This document shows positions 41,372 through 51,413 of a stretch of 64,000 nucleotides of DNA, one piece after another (within the stretch, counting starts at the first letter, position 1; every line of letters starts with the position of its first letter). This DNA comes from an uncultured Verrucomicrobiales bacterium (GTDB lineage Bacteria > Verrucomicrobiota > Verrucomicrobiia > Verrucomicrobiales > DEV007). The translations under genes were made by a program, and so were the position numbers. The notes below the pieces were generated by a model that ran no database searches, was not told the DNA's origin, and worked only from the letters and a program-made list of their open reading frames with translations. The stretch lies in contig CALKOM010000046.1 of the NCBI GenBank assembly GCA_938091905.1, positions 20,726-84,725 on the forward strand, given 5' to 3'.

Positions 41372-41476
41372 ACAAGGAACGAAGCTGATTCTCTGAAGCG
41401 CAGTGTCGCGCGACATGATCCTGAGGCCTTTCAATACTTGGCCGAACGGCACTCTGGTATGGTGTCGCGGGCGTGC
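41372..41476 (+). pseudogene. Remnant of an ECF sigma factor N-terminus
   Basis: Manual translation TRNEADSLKRSVARHDPEAFQYLAERHSGMVSRAC resembles the PVC ECF pattern D..LL.R.....D..AF..LV.RH..MV...C. There is no start codon and no continuation. Confidence 0.55.
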
Positions 41477-41709
41477 ATGTGTGAGTCAATCCGTCCGATC
41501 TTGGGTCTCACGCGAAGGCGCGAAGTAGGGGGAGGAAGAGGTGAATGCTGAAGGGGCCATGGCAGTGGTGTAAAGCCCACTAAGTAGTCGATCTGCCCTT
41601 TCTTTGATTCTTTATGGTCACGCTTTTGCGGATTCGTGTGAGTCTCCTTAGACTGCTCTGGACTAGCATCCATTCACGGTAATGTTTCGAAAGGAACACC
41701 AACCCAGCA

Positions 41710-42648
41710 CTACGGTTGCGCTAATCGAAAGAAGAGCATTGGTGCCAAATCCGTCGAGAGCGTGAGTTCCGTCTGGCCTTTGGCATCGGTTACGTCACTC
41801 CAACCTTCTTCAAGATCCGTAGAGCCTTGGAGGACGGCTTCGACACTGTCCCAAGCGAGGGTGAAGCTGCTGTCAATGACTGGGCTGATTCGAAGCACGC
41901 CGAGTGGGAGGAGGGCGATGGGCTCAATGTCGTCAAAGAAACGCAAAGGTACCATCTGTACTTTATTTGCGAGCTCAAACTCGCGGTTGTCTCCGTTTTC
42001 CCATTCGGCGCTGTTGATGATAAATTTGTAAGGCACAACACTTCCTGGAAGGATGAATTCCACCTTGGCTGTGCCTTCATAGACGGACGATCCTGCGGCA
42101 ATGGGCACCATGGGTTCATTACCTAACCAGTTGTTGAACGGGCCCCGCACCGAAACATAATCTGATTCGCGATCGAAGAGTTCGTCCTGAATGCGAGCCG
42201 CCATGTCGACTTGGAAGGTCACGTCGACTCCGGCCCCCGGATCGACGGACAAGTTGTCAAAGAAGACTACTGGTAGCGTATGGTCCGCTGCTTGTTGCTC
42301 AAAAGAGCGATTGTCTTGCCCATCGCCAACTTCAGTCTCCCAGACGACCACATTGGCGCTGTCCACGATGACAAACTTGTAGTCCACAAATGCTCCTTCG
42401 CCATCAGCCACCTCAACCGGAAGGCTGTAGATAGAGGAATTAATAGCGTCCTGCTCGAGTTCGGTGCCACCACTCCAGCCGTTGAACGGCCCCCTTACCT
42501 CGATGATATCCTCACTAGATACGAAACGTCCTTTTGACTTTTGAATAGAGAGGTCGACCTGGAACGTGACTTCCACGGCCAGGGTAGCCTGGTCTAGCAA
42601 GACTATTAGAAAGGCGAACAGCAGCCTAGGGAGAAAAGATAATTTCAT
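41710..42648 (-). CDS. Secreted protein with two CBM20-like (starch-binding type) domains and a C-terminal PVC-type sorting-like motif
   Basis: Duplicated VTFQVD...VRGPFNxW...YKF...WE...NR; C-terminal LQGSTDL...W...FFRL. Confidence 0.75.
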   Translation of the reverse strand: MKLSFLPRLLFAFLIVLLDQATLAVEVTFQVDLSIQKSKGRFVSSEDIIEVRGPFNGWSGGTELEQDAINSSIYSLPVEVADGEGAFVDYKFVIVDSANVVVWETEVGDGQDNRSFEQQAADHTLPVVFFDNLSVDPGAGVDVTFQVDMAARIQDELFDRESDYVSVRGPFNNWLGNEPMVPIAAGSSVYEGTAKVEFILPGSVVPYKFIINSAEWENGDNREFELANKVQMVPLRFFDDIEPIALLPLGVLRISPVIDSSFTLAWDSVEAVLQGSTDLEEGWSDVTDAKGQTELTLSTDLAPMLFFRLAQP

Positions 42649-42667
42649 GACGAGTGCTTGGAATCTC

Positions 42668-45600
42668 TTATTTCTCTCGAATGTTCAACTTCCCATTCAT
42701 CACGGACCAGTGACCCGGAAACGTGCAGACATATTCATACTCACCTGGAGCCAGGCTTTCGATTGGTAGGCGGGCCTTCTCTCCGGCCTCTAACATCTGG
42801 GTGGCGGCGATGATCTGGTTGCTCTCGGGGACGTAGGCGCGGCCTTTGCTGTCTAACTGATCTGGGGTCATGGTGAGGGCGGCGGTGCCGAGGGCTTCTT
42901 TGGCGCCTTTCTGACAGATGATCAGGTTGTGGGGCATGAGGTCGTCGTTCTCGAAGACGATTTCGAAGGGCTTGTCTGCTTCGACCGTGATGTGGTTGGT
43001 GTCGTAGCGGAGTTGTTCGTGGACGGTACGAAGGACGATGACACTGACGCCAAGTTCTTGCAGGGCAGTGCGGATGGTGTCGACTTCTTCGTGGGGCAGG
43101 TAGCTTGCGAGTTCGGTCGCGACTTGGACGTTCTCGATGAAGTCTTGAGCGGTGCGGCCTTCCGTGGGGACGGCTTTGGCCCAGGTGTGCATGGCTTTGG
43201 CCGCGATGCCTGCGGCGGTGGCATTCCAAGAATCTCGGTGGATCTTGCGGAGGCCGCGGGCGGCTTCAGTCAGGCTTTCGTCGTTGTCGATGAGTTCACA
43301 AAGCTGGATGAATGTGGCGTTTGGTTTGTCGTTTGTACTCACCAAAGCGGCGATGGCGGCGCGCTGGATGGTGCCTTTGGGATCGCCTGGCCCGACTTCA
43401 AAGGTAGCGGATGGGCGGGGTGCTCGGTTTTCCTTCGACTCGAAGACGGTGCGTCGGGTGTCGTCGAGGACGGTGAGGTTGAAGCGGTTGAGCCGCCGAC
43501 CCAGGTTGCCATCAGTGCGGTTCCAAATGGTGATGGCTTCGATCGGATAACTGCCTCCGAGATCGACTTCCCACCAGGGATCGTTGTCAGGCTCCTTGGT
43601 GTGGGTGGAAGTATTCGCGCCGTAACTCCCAGCGGTATTGCCGTCGATAGCGCGCTGCGGCAGGCCACTGCTGGCGACGGAGGATTGGGTGGCGGTTCCG
43701 CGAGTGGCAATGTTGGCATTGCCGCTCATGACCTCAACTTCTGCTAGGGTAAGAATTCCTTTCTTCGGAAGTGAGACGCGCACGAAGCGTCCCTGAGTGG
43801 CCGATGTGTCTGTTAGCTTGCTTGCCAGGGGCTCAGGAAGCTGAGTGAGAACGGCACTCACGCGATCGTGCGCGGTGGCGCGAAGCGCTGCATCGGCAAT
43901 GGAGGGGATGGCGTTGAGGACATTGGCCAGGGCTACTTCGTCTGATTGGGCGGCGTTCCAGAGTTCATCGATGCTGCCATCCGCGATCATGATAGAAGCG
44001 AGCGCGGCAGGGGTGGTGCCAAGCTTGGTGAGGCGTTCACGCAACGGCTTGAGATCAGCGGCAGGTTGCCGAGTGAGAAGGCGACCAAGATCGGCTGTCG
44101 CGATGCCAGGCTGCTTACTCTCAAGGGCGCCCAAGAGAAGTTGGGCGCCGGTCGTGTCACCGGATTTGGTGAGTTCTGCTAGGGCGTCGAGACGCTTTAG
44201 CTCGGGAACGCCGGGCCGTGTGAGCCAGGCTTTGAGCACGGCAGGAATGCGTGGCATCACGAGGAGTTCCCGATTGTTTACCGTGGTCAAAAGGTAGGTG
44301 GCTCCTGGGAGATTGTTGGGGGCGATTCTCCCTTCTACGAGAGCGGGGCGCCACCACGTCTCTAGTTGCTGCATCGTTTCTTTGAGGATGTAGTCGAGGT
44401 AGTCGTCTGTAGGATGGGCTAGGGAAGCTAAGGCAGCGTTCGTAGCCTGGACGGCTTCCTCACCGCTGTAGAAACTCGCCATGCGGATGCCCTCAAGACG
44501 CACGCGCGGTTGGTCATCGGTGCAAAGCGCGTGCAGTTTGTCTAACGGATTGCTCACGCGATTACGCCAGTAGCAAAGCACTCGACCCGCTGCGGCCCGA
44601 GCTTCAGGTGTGGGTGAGGCTAACACCGTGTCGAGAAGCGCTTCGTTGACCACGTTGTGCCATTGGTGTAACCAGAGGAGTTCCATCTTCTCATGCTCGG
44701 AGAGGCTGGGGCGTTTCAAACGTTCCGCTGCGGCTGCGATGACGTTCTCCGTGGGGCGGGTATCGAGTTCGATCTTGGCCAGGAGCCGAGTGCCATTCAC
44801 AGGGCTGGCGAGATGGTCTAGCAGATTGTTGATGGGCTCACCGCTGATCTTCGGAGGGGTGGCGAGATCGCGACCTTCGTAGGTGATGCGGTAGATGCGG
44901 CCATGCTGATGATCGCGATGCGGATCGCGAATGTGATGTTGCAAGTGACCGATGATCGTTTGAGTCCAATCACAGAAATATAGCGCGCCGTCTGGACCGT
45001 TCGACATGCAGATGGGGCGGAAATGCTGGTTGTCCTTGGGATCGGTAGAAACCAAGTGCTCTAACGTTTCTCCTTTAGGGCCAGAGCCTTCGTAGGTGAC
45101 GCCCACTCGGAAGATACCTTGGAAACTGATGACATTGGCATTGAGGAAATTACCCTGGAACTCTTCAGGGAAATGCGCGCTTGATAGAATCTCAGTAGCG
45201 GGACAGGGGCGAGAGGGCCGTTTCCAGAATTCTTTGAGTCTCGCATGTTTGCGTCCATCCGTGGTGTGACCACTTGCAGCATCACCATAATAGTTCACAT
45301 TGCCTGTAGCATCGGTGATGAAACTATTTCCCCAGCGATCGAAAGCCTTGCCGTGCGGGTTGGCGAAACCATGCGCCATGAACCAATCGAACTCGCCGGT
45401 GCGTGGGTTGTAACGATAGATCGAGCCATCAACATTACGCTTGGGACCGTCGGCTGTTTCGACTTGGGTACGATGGAAGACGCCGTCCGAAAGGTAGATG
45501 CCACCACCGGGATCGTAGGCCATGGCATTCGTGGTGTGGTGGGTATCGGCTGAATCGATGCCGTTGAGCATGCGCTGGCTCCAATCGGCTCGACCATCGC

Positions 45601-46927
45601 CATCTGTGTCTCGCAACCAGATGAGGTCGGGCGATTGCATGACCAACACGCCGTCTTTGTAAAATTGGAAACCCGTGGGACTGTTGAGCCCATCGGCGAA
45701 GGTGGTCATCTTGTCGGCTTTGCCGTCCCAATCGGTGTCCTCAAAGACGAGCAGTTTGTCGAGGACCTTGTCGGTTGGCGTCGCGGCTGGATAGGTGGGC
45801 CAGGCGGCGACCCAAAGGCGATTCTTCGTGTCCCAGGCCATCTGCACGGGATTGGCGAGTTCGGGGAACTCCTTCTCACTGGCGAAGAGATTCACCTCCA
45901 TACCTGAGTGAATCTTCATCTCACCAATGGCTTCTTCAGGATCGGGGTAGGGGGCGATGCGGTGGTCCGGAAGATTGGTCGGGGTTTCCGTGACGGCAGG
46001 GAGGTTGTCATCCTTCACGCTGAAATCCTTGCCTCTCGCACTGGCCCATATGCGGGCTTCACGATTGGCGGTTTGAGCGTCGCGCTGACGCATTTCCTCT
46101 TGCATCACTTTGAAGTTGGAGACATTGGCGTAGACGCGTTTGGAGCGCCCGCCGTAGACATTGTAGCCGTCGACGGTCCGGTAGCGACTGAACCAGCGCT
46201 CGTTCTTATCTCGAACGGCATTGACGATTCTTCGATCTAACAAAGAGAGCGTCGATTGGCAGAGATCCTTGGCGAGCAAGCCAGAGAGAAGATTGTAGCC
46301 GTCATCGATGAGATGGAGTCCATTGACCGTGAGTTGGGTTTCTGTGCGTTCGTAGATTTGGAGACTGTGCTGATAGAGATCGACGAAGTGCAGCTCTTTC
46401 TCTGCCGCTACCTCTTTGACCGCTTTGGCGTAAAGTGCTAGATTGGCATTGAGTGGAGCGACTCTAGGCAGATCGGGATTGCCCGTTTCTTCAGCAGCCA
46501 CTGGCGAGAAGAGCGCGATGCGAGGAGCTTCTTTACCAAACGTCTGGCCACGTTTGCCGTCGATCCACGTGGAGAGATCGTCCTTAAACTTAGTTAGGCC
46601 ATCCGCTCCTTGGAACGACTCATTGAAACCCCAGAAAGCGAGGATGACATTTGCTTCGACCCGTTTCAGCCACTCGTCTTGAGACCCAAAATCCTGGGAA
46701 CGGTGCCAAGTCGTGACTTCATCTCCGGCAGCAGCCAGATTGCGAATCACGAGTTCGTGCTCCCGGTGAGCCTGGTGAAGGAAGGCCTCGAAATAGCACG
46801 AGTGTTGCATGCGATCCGCGAAGCCTCCTCCGACGATGGCGACATGGTCGCCTTTCTTCAGTTCCAACGCGGGAGCGGCGAGGGCGACGTAGGTCAGGGC
46901 GAGCAGAGCAAAGAGAAATCGGTGCAT
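42668..46927 (-). CDS. PVC-type membrane-bound dehydrogenase-domain protein: SGNH/GDSL-like, propeller, HEAT, F5/8-type lectin-like and azurin-like domains
   Basis: VNLFASEKEFPELANPVQMAWD, GPDGALYFCDW, RAIDGNT...PWWEVDLG, PHNL...YVCTFPGHWSVM (type-1 Cu ligands). Confidence 0.85.
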   Translation of the reverse strand: MHRFLFALLALTYVALAAPALELKKGDHVAIVGGGFADRMQHSCYFEAFLHQAHREHELVIRNLAAAGDEVTTWHRSQDFGSQDEWLKRVEANVILAFWGFNESFQGADGLTKFKDDLSTWIDGKRGQTFGKEAPRIALFSPVAAEETGNPDLPRVAPLNANLALYAKAVKEVAAEKELHFVDLYQHSLQIYERTETQLTVNGLHLIDDGYNLLSGLLAKDLCQSTLSLLDRRIVNAVRDKNERWFSRYRTVDGYNVYGGRSKRVYANVSNFKVMQEEMRQRDAQTANREARIWASARGKDFSVKDDNLPAVTETPTNLPDHRIAPYPDPEEAIGEMKIHSGMEVNLFASEKEFPELANPVQMAWDTKNRLWVAAWPTYPAATPTDKVLDKLLVFEDTDWDGKADKMTTFADGLNSPTGFQFYKDGVLVMQSPDLIWLRDTDGDGRADWSQRMLNGIDSADTHHTTNAMAYDPGGGIYLSDGVFHRTQVETADGPKRNVDGSIYRYNPRTGEFDWFMAHGFANPHGKAFDRWGNSFITDATGNVNYYGDAASGHTTDGRKHARLKEFWKRPSRPCPATEILSSAHFPEEFQGNFLNANVISFQGIFRVGVTYEGSGPKGETLEHLVSTDPKDNQHFRPICMSNGPDGALYFCDWTQTIIGHLQHHIRDPHRDHQHGRIYRITYEGRDLATPPKISGEPINNLLDHLASPVNGTRLLAKIELDTRPTENVIAAAAERLKRPSLSEHEKMELLWLHQWHNVVNEALLDTVLASPTPEARAAAGRVLCYWRNRVSNPLDKLHALCTDDQPRVRLEGIRMASFYSGEEAVQATNAALASLAHPTDDYLDYILKETMQQLETWWRPALVEGRIAPNNLPGATYLLTTVNNRELLVMPRIPAVLKAWLTRPGVPELKRLDALAELTKSGDTTGAQLLLGALESKQPGIATADLGRLLTRQPAADLKPLRERLTKLGTTPAALASIMIADGSIDELWNAAQSDEVALANVLNAIPSIADAALRATAHDRVSAVLTQLPEPLASKLTDTSATQGRFVRVSLPKKGILTLAEVEVMSGNANIATRGTATQSSVASSGLPQRAIDGNTAGSYGANTSTHTKEPDNDPWWEVDLGGSYPIEAITIWNRTDGNLGRRLNRFNLTVLDDTRRTVFESKENRAPRPSATFEVGPGDPKGTIQRAAIAALVSTNDKPNATFIQLCELIDNDESLTEAARGLRKIHRDSWNATAAGIAAKAMHTWAKAVPTEGRTAQDFIENVQVATELASYLPHEEVDTIRTALQELGVSVIVLRTVHEQLRYDTNHITVEADKPFEIVFENDDLMPHNLIICQKGAKEALGTAALTMTPDQLDSKGRAYVPESNQIIAATQMLEAGEKARLPIESLAPGEYEYVCTFPGHWSVMNGKLNIREK

Positions 46928-47060
46928 GCGGGAGCCTACCGACTGGAAGACTGGGAGGTCAAAGCCGAAGAATATTACCAGGTCCGATGTTTGTCTGAGG
47001 AGTGCTGATGACCGATTGACCAGACCTGGGCACGGCACTTATGGTCCACTGACTACACAC

Positions 47061-48161
47061 ATGAGTGAGATCGACTATCCCAGCGAACGCCAAGTAGAGA
47101 TAGCGGACATCCTCCGGGTGACCAAGCGGCAACAAACGCTGGCGGGAATTCTTGTCGCTGTGCTAATTCATGTTCTGTTAGGATTTGTTCTGGCGTTGAT
47201 CGTCTTGCCTCAACTCGCACCTGCACCGCCGGAGCTCATCATCTCCGCTCCCAAAGCCGAGATGGTGCAACAGCCGCAGAAGAAGACACTCAACAAATTT
47301 CAACGGCCAGAGAGACCGTCCGCTCCGAGTTCGTCTGCGGCAAAGGTGATCGCGGCCTCAGTGACTTCGCCTCTCGCCGTGCCTGTGGTCGAGGCGACGG
47401 TAGATGACGCCTTGTTAGGCGCAGGTTTTGGAGACGGCCTCGGATTTGGTCAGGGGCTTGGAATTGGAGGTCCCGGTGGTGGAGGCATAACCTTCTTCGG
47501 AAACAAGGCGGACGGCGATCGTGTGGCCTTTGTGGTCGATGTCTCAGCCTCCATGTCGAATGAGCAGCTCGCTCTAATGAAGTCGGAACTGACTCGCTCC
47601 TTAAATGGACTTCCTCCAGGCACACAGTATCAGGTGATCTTCTTCTCGGGACCGGTTTGGTTTGCTAACCAGAAGATTGAGGGCAAGGGGCGAAATGAAG
47701 TGATCGTCAGAGGGAATCGTGGAAAGAAGCTGATTTGGAAGAGTGAATCAGGTGCAGCAGGCGGTTTTGAATTTGGCGATGGCAAAGAGGCTCTGCCGGT
47801 GGAGCCCTGGATCTCTGCGAACCCCAGTAATCTCAGGCGGACGATCAAGCATGTGGAGGCTGCTAGGAAGTCGTTTGGTACGAGTTGGCTGCAGCCGCTA
47901 CGCATGGCGCTGAGCATGGACCCGAAACCTGACATTGTGTATTTTATGACTGACGGTGCGGTCCGCAATGCGGCGGAAGACGTCAAGCTCGTCACGAGGC
48001 TAAACCGGCGCGGCAAGTCGAAGACGAAGATCTTCACCACCGCGATGATGCAACCCCAAGCTGCCGATCACCTTTATGAACTTGCCAAGAAGAATGGCGG
48101 GGAGTTTTCGATTGTGAAGGCAGATGGCAGCATGGTCATAGGACGAGATGCGTTGAAGTAG
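47061..48161 (+). CDS. Membrane-anchored vWA domain protein
   Basis: TM helix, Gly-rich linker, MIDAS VVDVSASMS, YFMTDG. Confidence 0.85.
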   Translation: MSEIDYPSERQVEIADILRVTKRQQTLAGILVAVLIHVLLGFVLALIVLPQLAPAPPELIISAPKAEMVQQPQKKTLNKFQRPERPSAPSSSAAKVIAASVTSPLAVPVVEATVDDALLGAGFGDGLGFGQGLGIGGPGGGGITFFGNKADGDRVAFVVDVSASMSNEQLALMKSELTRSLNGLPPGTQYQVIFFSGPVWFANQKIEGKGRNEVIVRGNRGKKLIWKSESGAAGGFEFGDGKEALPVEPWISANPSNLRRTIKHVEAARKSFGTSWLQPLRMALSMDPKPDIVYFMTDGAVRNAAEDVKLVTRLNRRGKSKTKIFTTAMMQPQAADHLYELAKKNGGEFSIVKADGSMVIGRDALK

Positions 48162-48213
48162 TCGCGCCGTAGCGGCACTGGTGACAGTTCCTGGCATTGA
48201 GCCTGTATTGCTG

Positions 48214-48283
48214 AAGAAGTGTTGCCACTTCATCTACAGATTTCCTTTGTGCGTGCGCAGCGAAAGAAGTGTTGCCACTTCAT
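48214..48283. repeat. Two exact 20-bp direct repeats AAGAAGTGTTGCCACTTCAT with an internal palindrome and a 30-bp spacer
   Basis: Copies at 48214-48233 and 48264-48283; GAAGTG-TTGC-CACTTC dyad. Confidence 0.9.
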
Positions 48284-48380
48284 TTTCATATTTCTGACCA
48301 ATTTGGGTGCAACGCTCTGTGTCTCTGTGCGAGGCCCCTGTCCTTGCCTCCCTTATAAACGTGCTTGGGTAGCTGACGCT

Positions 48381-49025
48381 CTACTTAGCAACGCTGTCGA
48401 GGGTGCCTTCCCTTATCTGAAATCTAATGTCTGCGAGTCGCTCGGCCTCTGATCTGTTGTGGGTGATGTGGAGGATGGTGATGCCTTGGGAGGCTTGAAG
48501 TTGCTTCAACACTTTGCCGATCTCTGACTGGGTGTCTTCATCAAGCGCACTGAAGGGTTCGTCCAGGCAGAGGACCTCCGGGCGTGCAGCGAGGGCTCGA
48601 CCAAGGGAGACACGCTGGCCTTCGCCTCCACTGAGACCATGGGGTTTACGATCGAGGAGTGGCGTGATCTGGAGGGCGGTAGCGAGTTCTTCTACGCGTT
48701 CTTCAATGGCCTCCTTGGGCCATCCTTGAAGGGTCGGGCCAAATGCTAGGTGACGTCTTACTGTCATGTTATAAAAGAGAACTCGATCTTGTGGCACGAA
48801 ACCAATACCGCGTTCACCGGGACGCAGTCTAGTCACATCTCCATTGTCGAGTCTGATCGTTCCTGCCGTGACAGTCTTCAATCCGCAGATGGCTTCCATT
48901 AGGGTGGTCTTCCCGCTTCCGGTCTTGCCCATGAGAACGCCATACATACCCGTGGGGATCTCAAACGAGATCTCCGTGATCTCAAAGCTGCCTGCGCGCG
49001 CGCTTAGATCCCGAACCTCAAGCAT
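48381..49025 (-). CDS. modC: Molybdate/tungstate-type ABC transporter ATP-binding protein (no TOBE domain)
   Basis: GKTGSGKTT, LSGGEGQRVSLGRAL, LDEPFSALD; follows modB. Confidence 0.8.
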   Translation of the reverse strand: MLEVRDLSARAGSFEITEISFEIPTGMYGVLMGKTGSGKTTLMEAICGLKTVTAGTIRLDNGDVTRLRPGERGIGFVPQDRVLFYNMTVRRHLAFGPTLQGWPKEAIEERVEELATALQITPLLDRKPHGLSGGEGQRVSLGRALAARPEVLCLDEPFSALDEDTQSEIGKVLKQLQASQGITILHITHNRSEAERLADIRFQIREGTLDSVAK

Positions 49026-49920
49026 GGGAACCTCCACTGTGATGATGGGCCTCGGTGCCCAAGACGGTACGTTCACCAACGGTGCGGACGAGGAGGATCA
49101 CGGCGAGTGCTAACAGAATCATGAGCAAGGAAACGGCGACAGCGCCTTGCAGGTTCCCAATGTTGATTTCGAGAAACACGGTGGTCGAGAGGACTTCCGT
49201 GCGGCCTCGGGTCGCTCCGGCGAAGACGAGGATGGGGCCGAATTCGCCCAAGGCGCGTGCCCAGGCAAGGGTGCCACCGGTCAAGATGCCGCGCCAGGCT
49301 TGGGGGAGGAGCACCAGCCAGAAGGCCTGAGAGCGATTGCATCCCAACGTGAGGGCGACGTGTTCATGACGTGGGTTGATCTGATCGAAGGTCGTCTTCA
49401 TGGTTCGCACGGCGAAAGCGCACGACACCGTGAACTGTGCTAGGATCACAGCAGGGACTTTAAACGTCACCCCGGGACGAATGTCAGGGCGAATAGCCGT
49501 GATCCATTGGAAGGCCCAGGCGAACCATTCTTCGATCGTACGCCCGAAGAGGTTGACTTGATGAAACAAGATCAACAGGCTCAACCCGATGACGAGTGGG
49601 GGGAGCAAGATGGGAATGTCGAGCAAGGCATCGACCAAGCGCTTGCCTGGAAACCGAAAGCGCGAGAGTAGGTAACCGGTGGGCACCGCGACCAGCACGG
49701 ACAAGAGGGCCGTCACCGTGCAGGTGATCAGTGTCAGGGTGACAGAGCTTTGAATGTCTTCATCCTGAAGCGCTTTGCCAATCTCTGATAGGCTGACGTA
49801 GTGCACATCGGCTAGGAGGAGGGCAATAATGAGCAGGAGATAAGCCGCAGCAATGGCAACAAGTCCATAGAAGAATGGCTTGTCAGAGGCGATGCGGCGA
49901 CGTTCCGAAGGAGCATCCAT
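49018..49920 (-). CDS. modB: Molybdate/tungstate-type ABC transporter permease
   Basis: DIPILLPPLVIGLSLL, LAWARALGEFG. Confidence 0.85.
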   Translation of the reverse strand: MDAPSERRRIASDKPFFYGLVAIAAAYLLLIIALLLADVHYVSLSEIGKALQDEDIQSSVTLTLITCTVTALLSVLVAVPTGYLLSRFRFPGKRLVDALLDIPILLPPLVIGLSLLILFHQVNLFGRTIEEWFAWAFQWITAIRPDIRPGVTFKVPAVILAQFTVSCAFAVRTMKTTFDQINPRHEHVALTLGCNRSQAFWLVLLPQAWRGILTGGTLAWARALGEFGPILVFAGATRGRTEVLSTTVFLEINIGNLQGAVAVSLLMILLALAVILLVRTVGERTVLGTEAHHHSGGSHA

Positions 49921-49922
49921 GC

Positions 49923-51413
49923 TTACGGCGCAAGCTTCCAATGGAAGCCATACTTCAGGAACTGGGCCTTGCCTTCGGTCCCTGTGAGGAATTGTTCCAG
50001 GCGTAGGAGGAGCTGTTTGTGTGGAGTCTTACGATGAACGGCATAGGGCTGGGTCGCGTAGGCGTCCTTGGCGAGCTCTATGATCTCACACTGTTCGAGG
50101 ATCTGGTCGCTGGAGAGGGCATTACTGCGATAGATGATCGCGGCATCGAGAGCTCCGAGCTGCATTTGGTTGGCCAACTCATCACCTTTTGAGGCCAAGA
50201 TCTCAATGTTGCCTGTTGATTCGAGATCTTTCAAGAGGCCGCGCTTCGTGAGGAGATCGTTGGAGAGTTTCCCAAGAGCAGATTTCTGAGCGTGGGCGAG
50301 CCCAACTTTGAGGTCACTTCTGAGAAGGTCCTTTAGGCCAGTAAGCTGCTTTGGGTTTCCCTTTTTCACCACGAGTACCATGTCGTTCTTGGCAACTACG
50401 GTGCCTTTCTCAAAGCGATCTTGCACTTGATCGAGAAACTGGAGATCGCAGGAGAAATAAGCATCAGGCGTGGCGCCGGCATTCATCATGCTGACTAAGG
50501 TGCCACAGCCTTCGTATTCTGATAGGACTCGCACGCCCTCGCGTTCTTCAAATAGGCGGAGCTGCTGTTCGATCGCCGGGCGCAGCATGGAGCCGCTGAA
50601 CAACTTGATCTCCGGATACGGATCCCAAGGGTCTCCGTCAACGACATCGAACCCATGCTTGGCGAAGCTCAGTAAACCGCGATCTGAGGAGGTGAGATAG
50701 CGTGCGAACTTGAGTGCCATGGTGGGATGGTGGGAACTCTGCAAGACGCCGACGGTCGCCGTCTTTCGCCGTTGATCGAATTCTGGCAGGTGCACAAAGT
50801 CGAGGTTCTCAAAGAGACCGGCAACGGCATCCCAAACGATGGCTGCATCCGCTGCGCCGGTGGAGACGTCTTGAGCGATGTCGTTCACGGTGAATTTAAA
50901 GACGGTGGCGTTGGCCTCGATCCCGTCCCATTGCCCGACGCCTGCCAGGACTTTCTTGGTGAACTTTCCGATCGCGGCGGAAGGGTTGGCCAGACTGACC
51001 CTAACCTCTTTCTTGGCGAGATCGGCTATGGTTCGGATGTTTTTCGGATTACCTTTCGCCACGACGAGCCCTGCTGTCAGATAGGTCGCGGGGATGGCTT
51101 CCTGAACGAGCCCTTTCTCACGAGTCGACTTGATGTAACTGACATCTGCTGGCAGATACAGATCACCACCAGCAACTTCTAACTGAGACGCTAATTCGCC
51201 GGAGCCAGCAAAGTGCGGCCGCACGGTAATGCCGAATTCTTCCTCGTAGTTCTCCACGATTTCTGAAACCGGGAGACGAAGCCCTGCTGCGCAGTGGAAG
51301 ACGAGTTCGCCACCAGCGGTCTTGTCAGGTTCTCTTCCTTTAAAGAGTAGAAGCCCTGCGAGCGTGATGATTCCTAGCAGCGTGGCAAAGAAGACTGGTT
51401 TAGCAGAGTTCAT
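49923..51413 (-). CDS. modA: Molybdate-type ABC substrate-binding protein with two tandem ModA-like domains
   Basis: Domain 1: CAAGLR...AGSGEL...VVAKGNPK...AAIG...ADAAIVW. Domain 2: SGSMLR...EGCGTL...VVKKGNPK...SALG...LDAAIIY. Confidence 0.85.
   Translation of the reverse strand: MNSAKPVFFATLLGIITLAGLLLFKGREPDKTAGGELVFHCAAGLRLPVSEIVENYEEEFGITVRPHFAGSGELASQLEVAGGDLYLPADVSYIKSTREKGLVQEAIPATYLTAGLVVAKGNPKNIRTIADLAKKEVRVSLANPSAAIGKFTKKVLAGVGQWDGIEANATVFKFTVNDIAQDVSTGAADAAIVWDAVAGLFENLDFVHLPEFDQRRKTATVGVLQSSHHPTMALKFARYLTSSDRGLLSFAKHGFDVVDGDPWDPYPEIKLFSGSMLRPAIEQQLRLFEEREGVRVLSEYEGCGTLVSMMNAGATPDAYFSCDLQFLDQVQDRFEKGTVVAKNDMVLVVKKGNPKQLTGLKDLLRSDLKVGLAHAQKSALGKLSNDLLTKRGLLKDLESTGNIEILASKGDELANQMQLGALDAAIIYRSNALSSDQILEQCEIIELAKDAYATQPYAVHRKTPHKQLLLRLEQFLTGTEGKAQFLKYGFHWKLAP

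Noticed and set aside
42741..44357. Long alternative-frame and antisense ORFs (e.g. 42929-43747)
   Set aside because: Shadow ORFs of a GC-rich coding region with no protein motifs. The same applies to most short ORFs overlapping the called genes.
48214..48283. CRISPR array
   Set aside because: Only two 20-bp repeats, shorter than typical CRISPR repeats, with no cas genes in the window.
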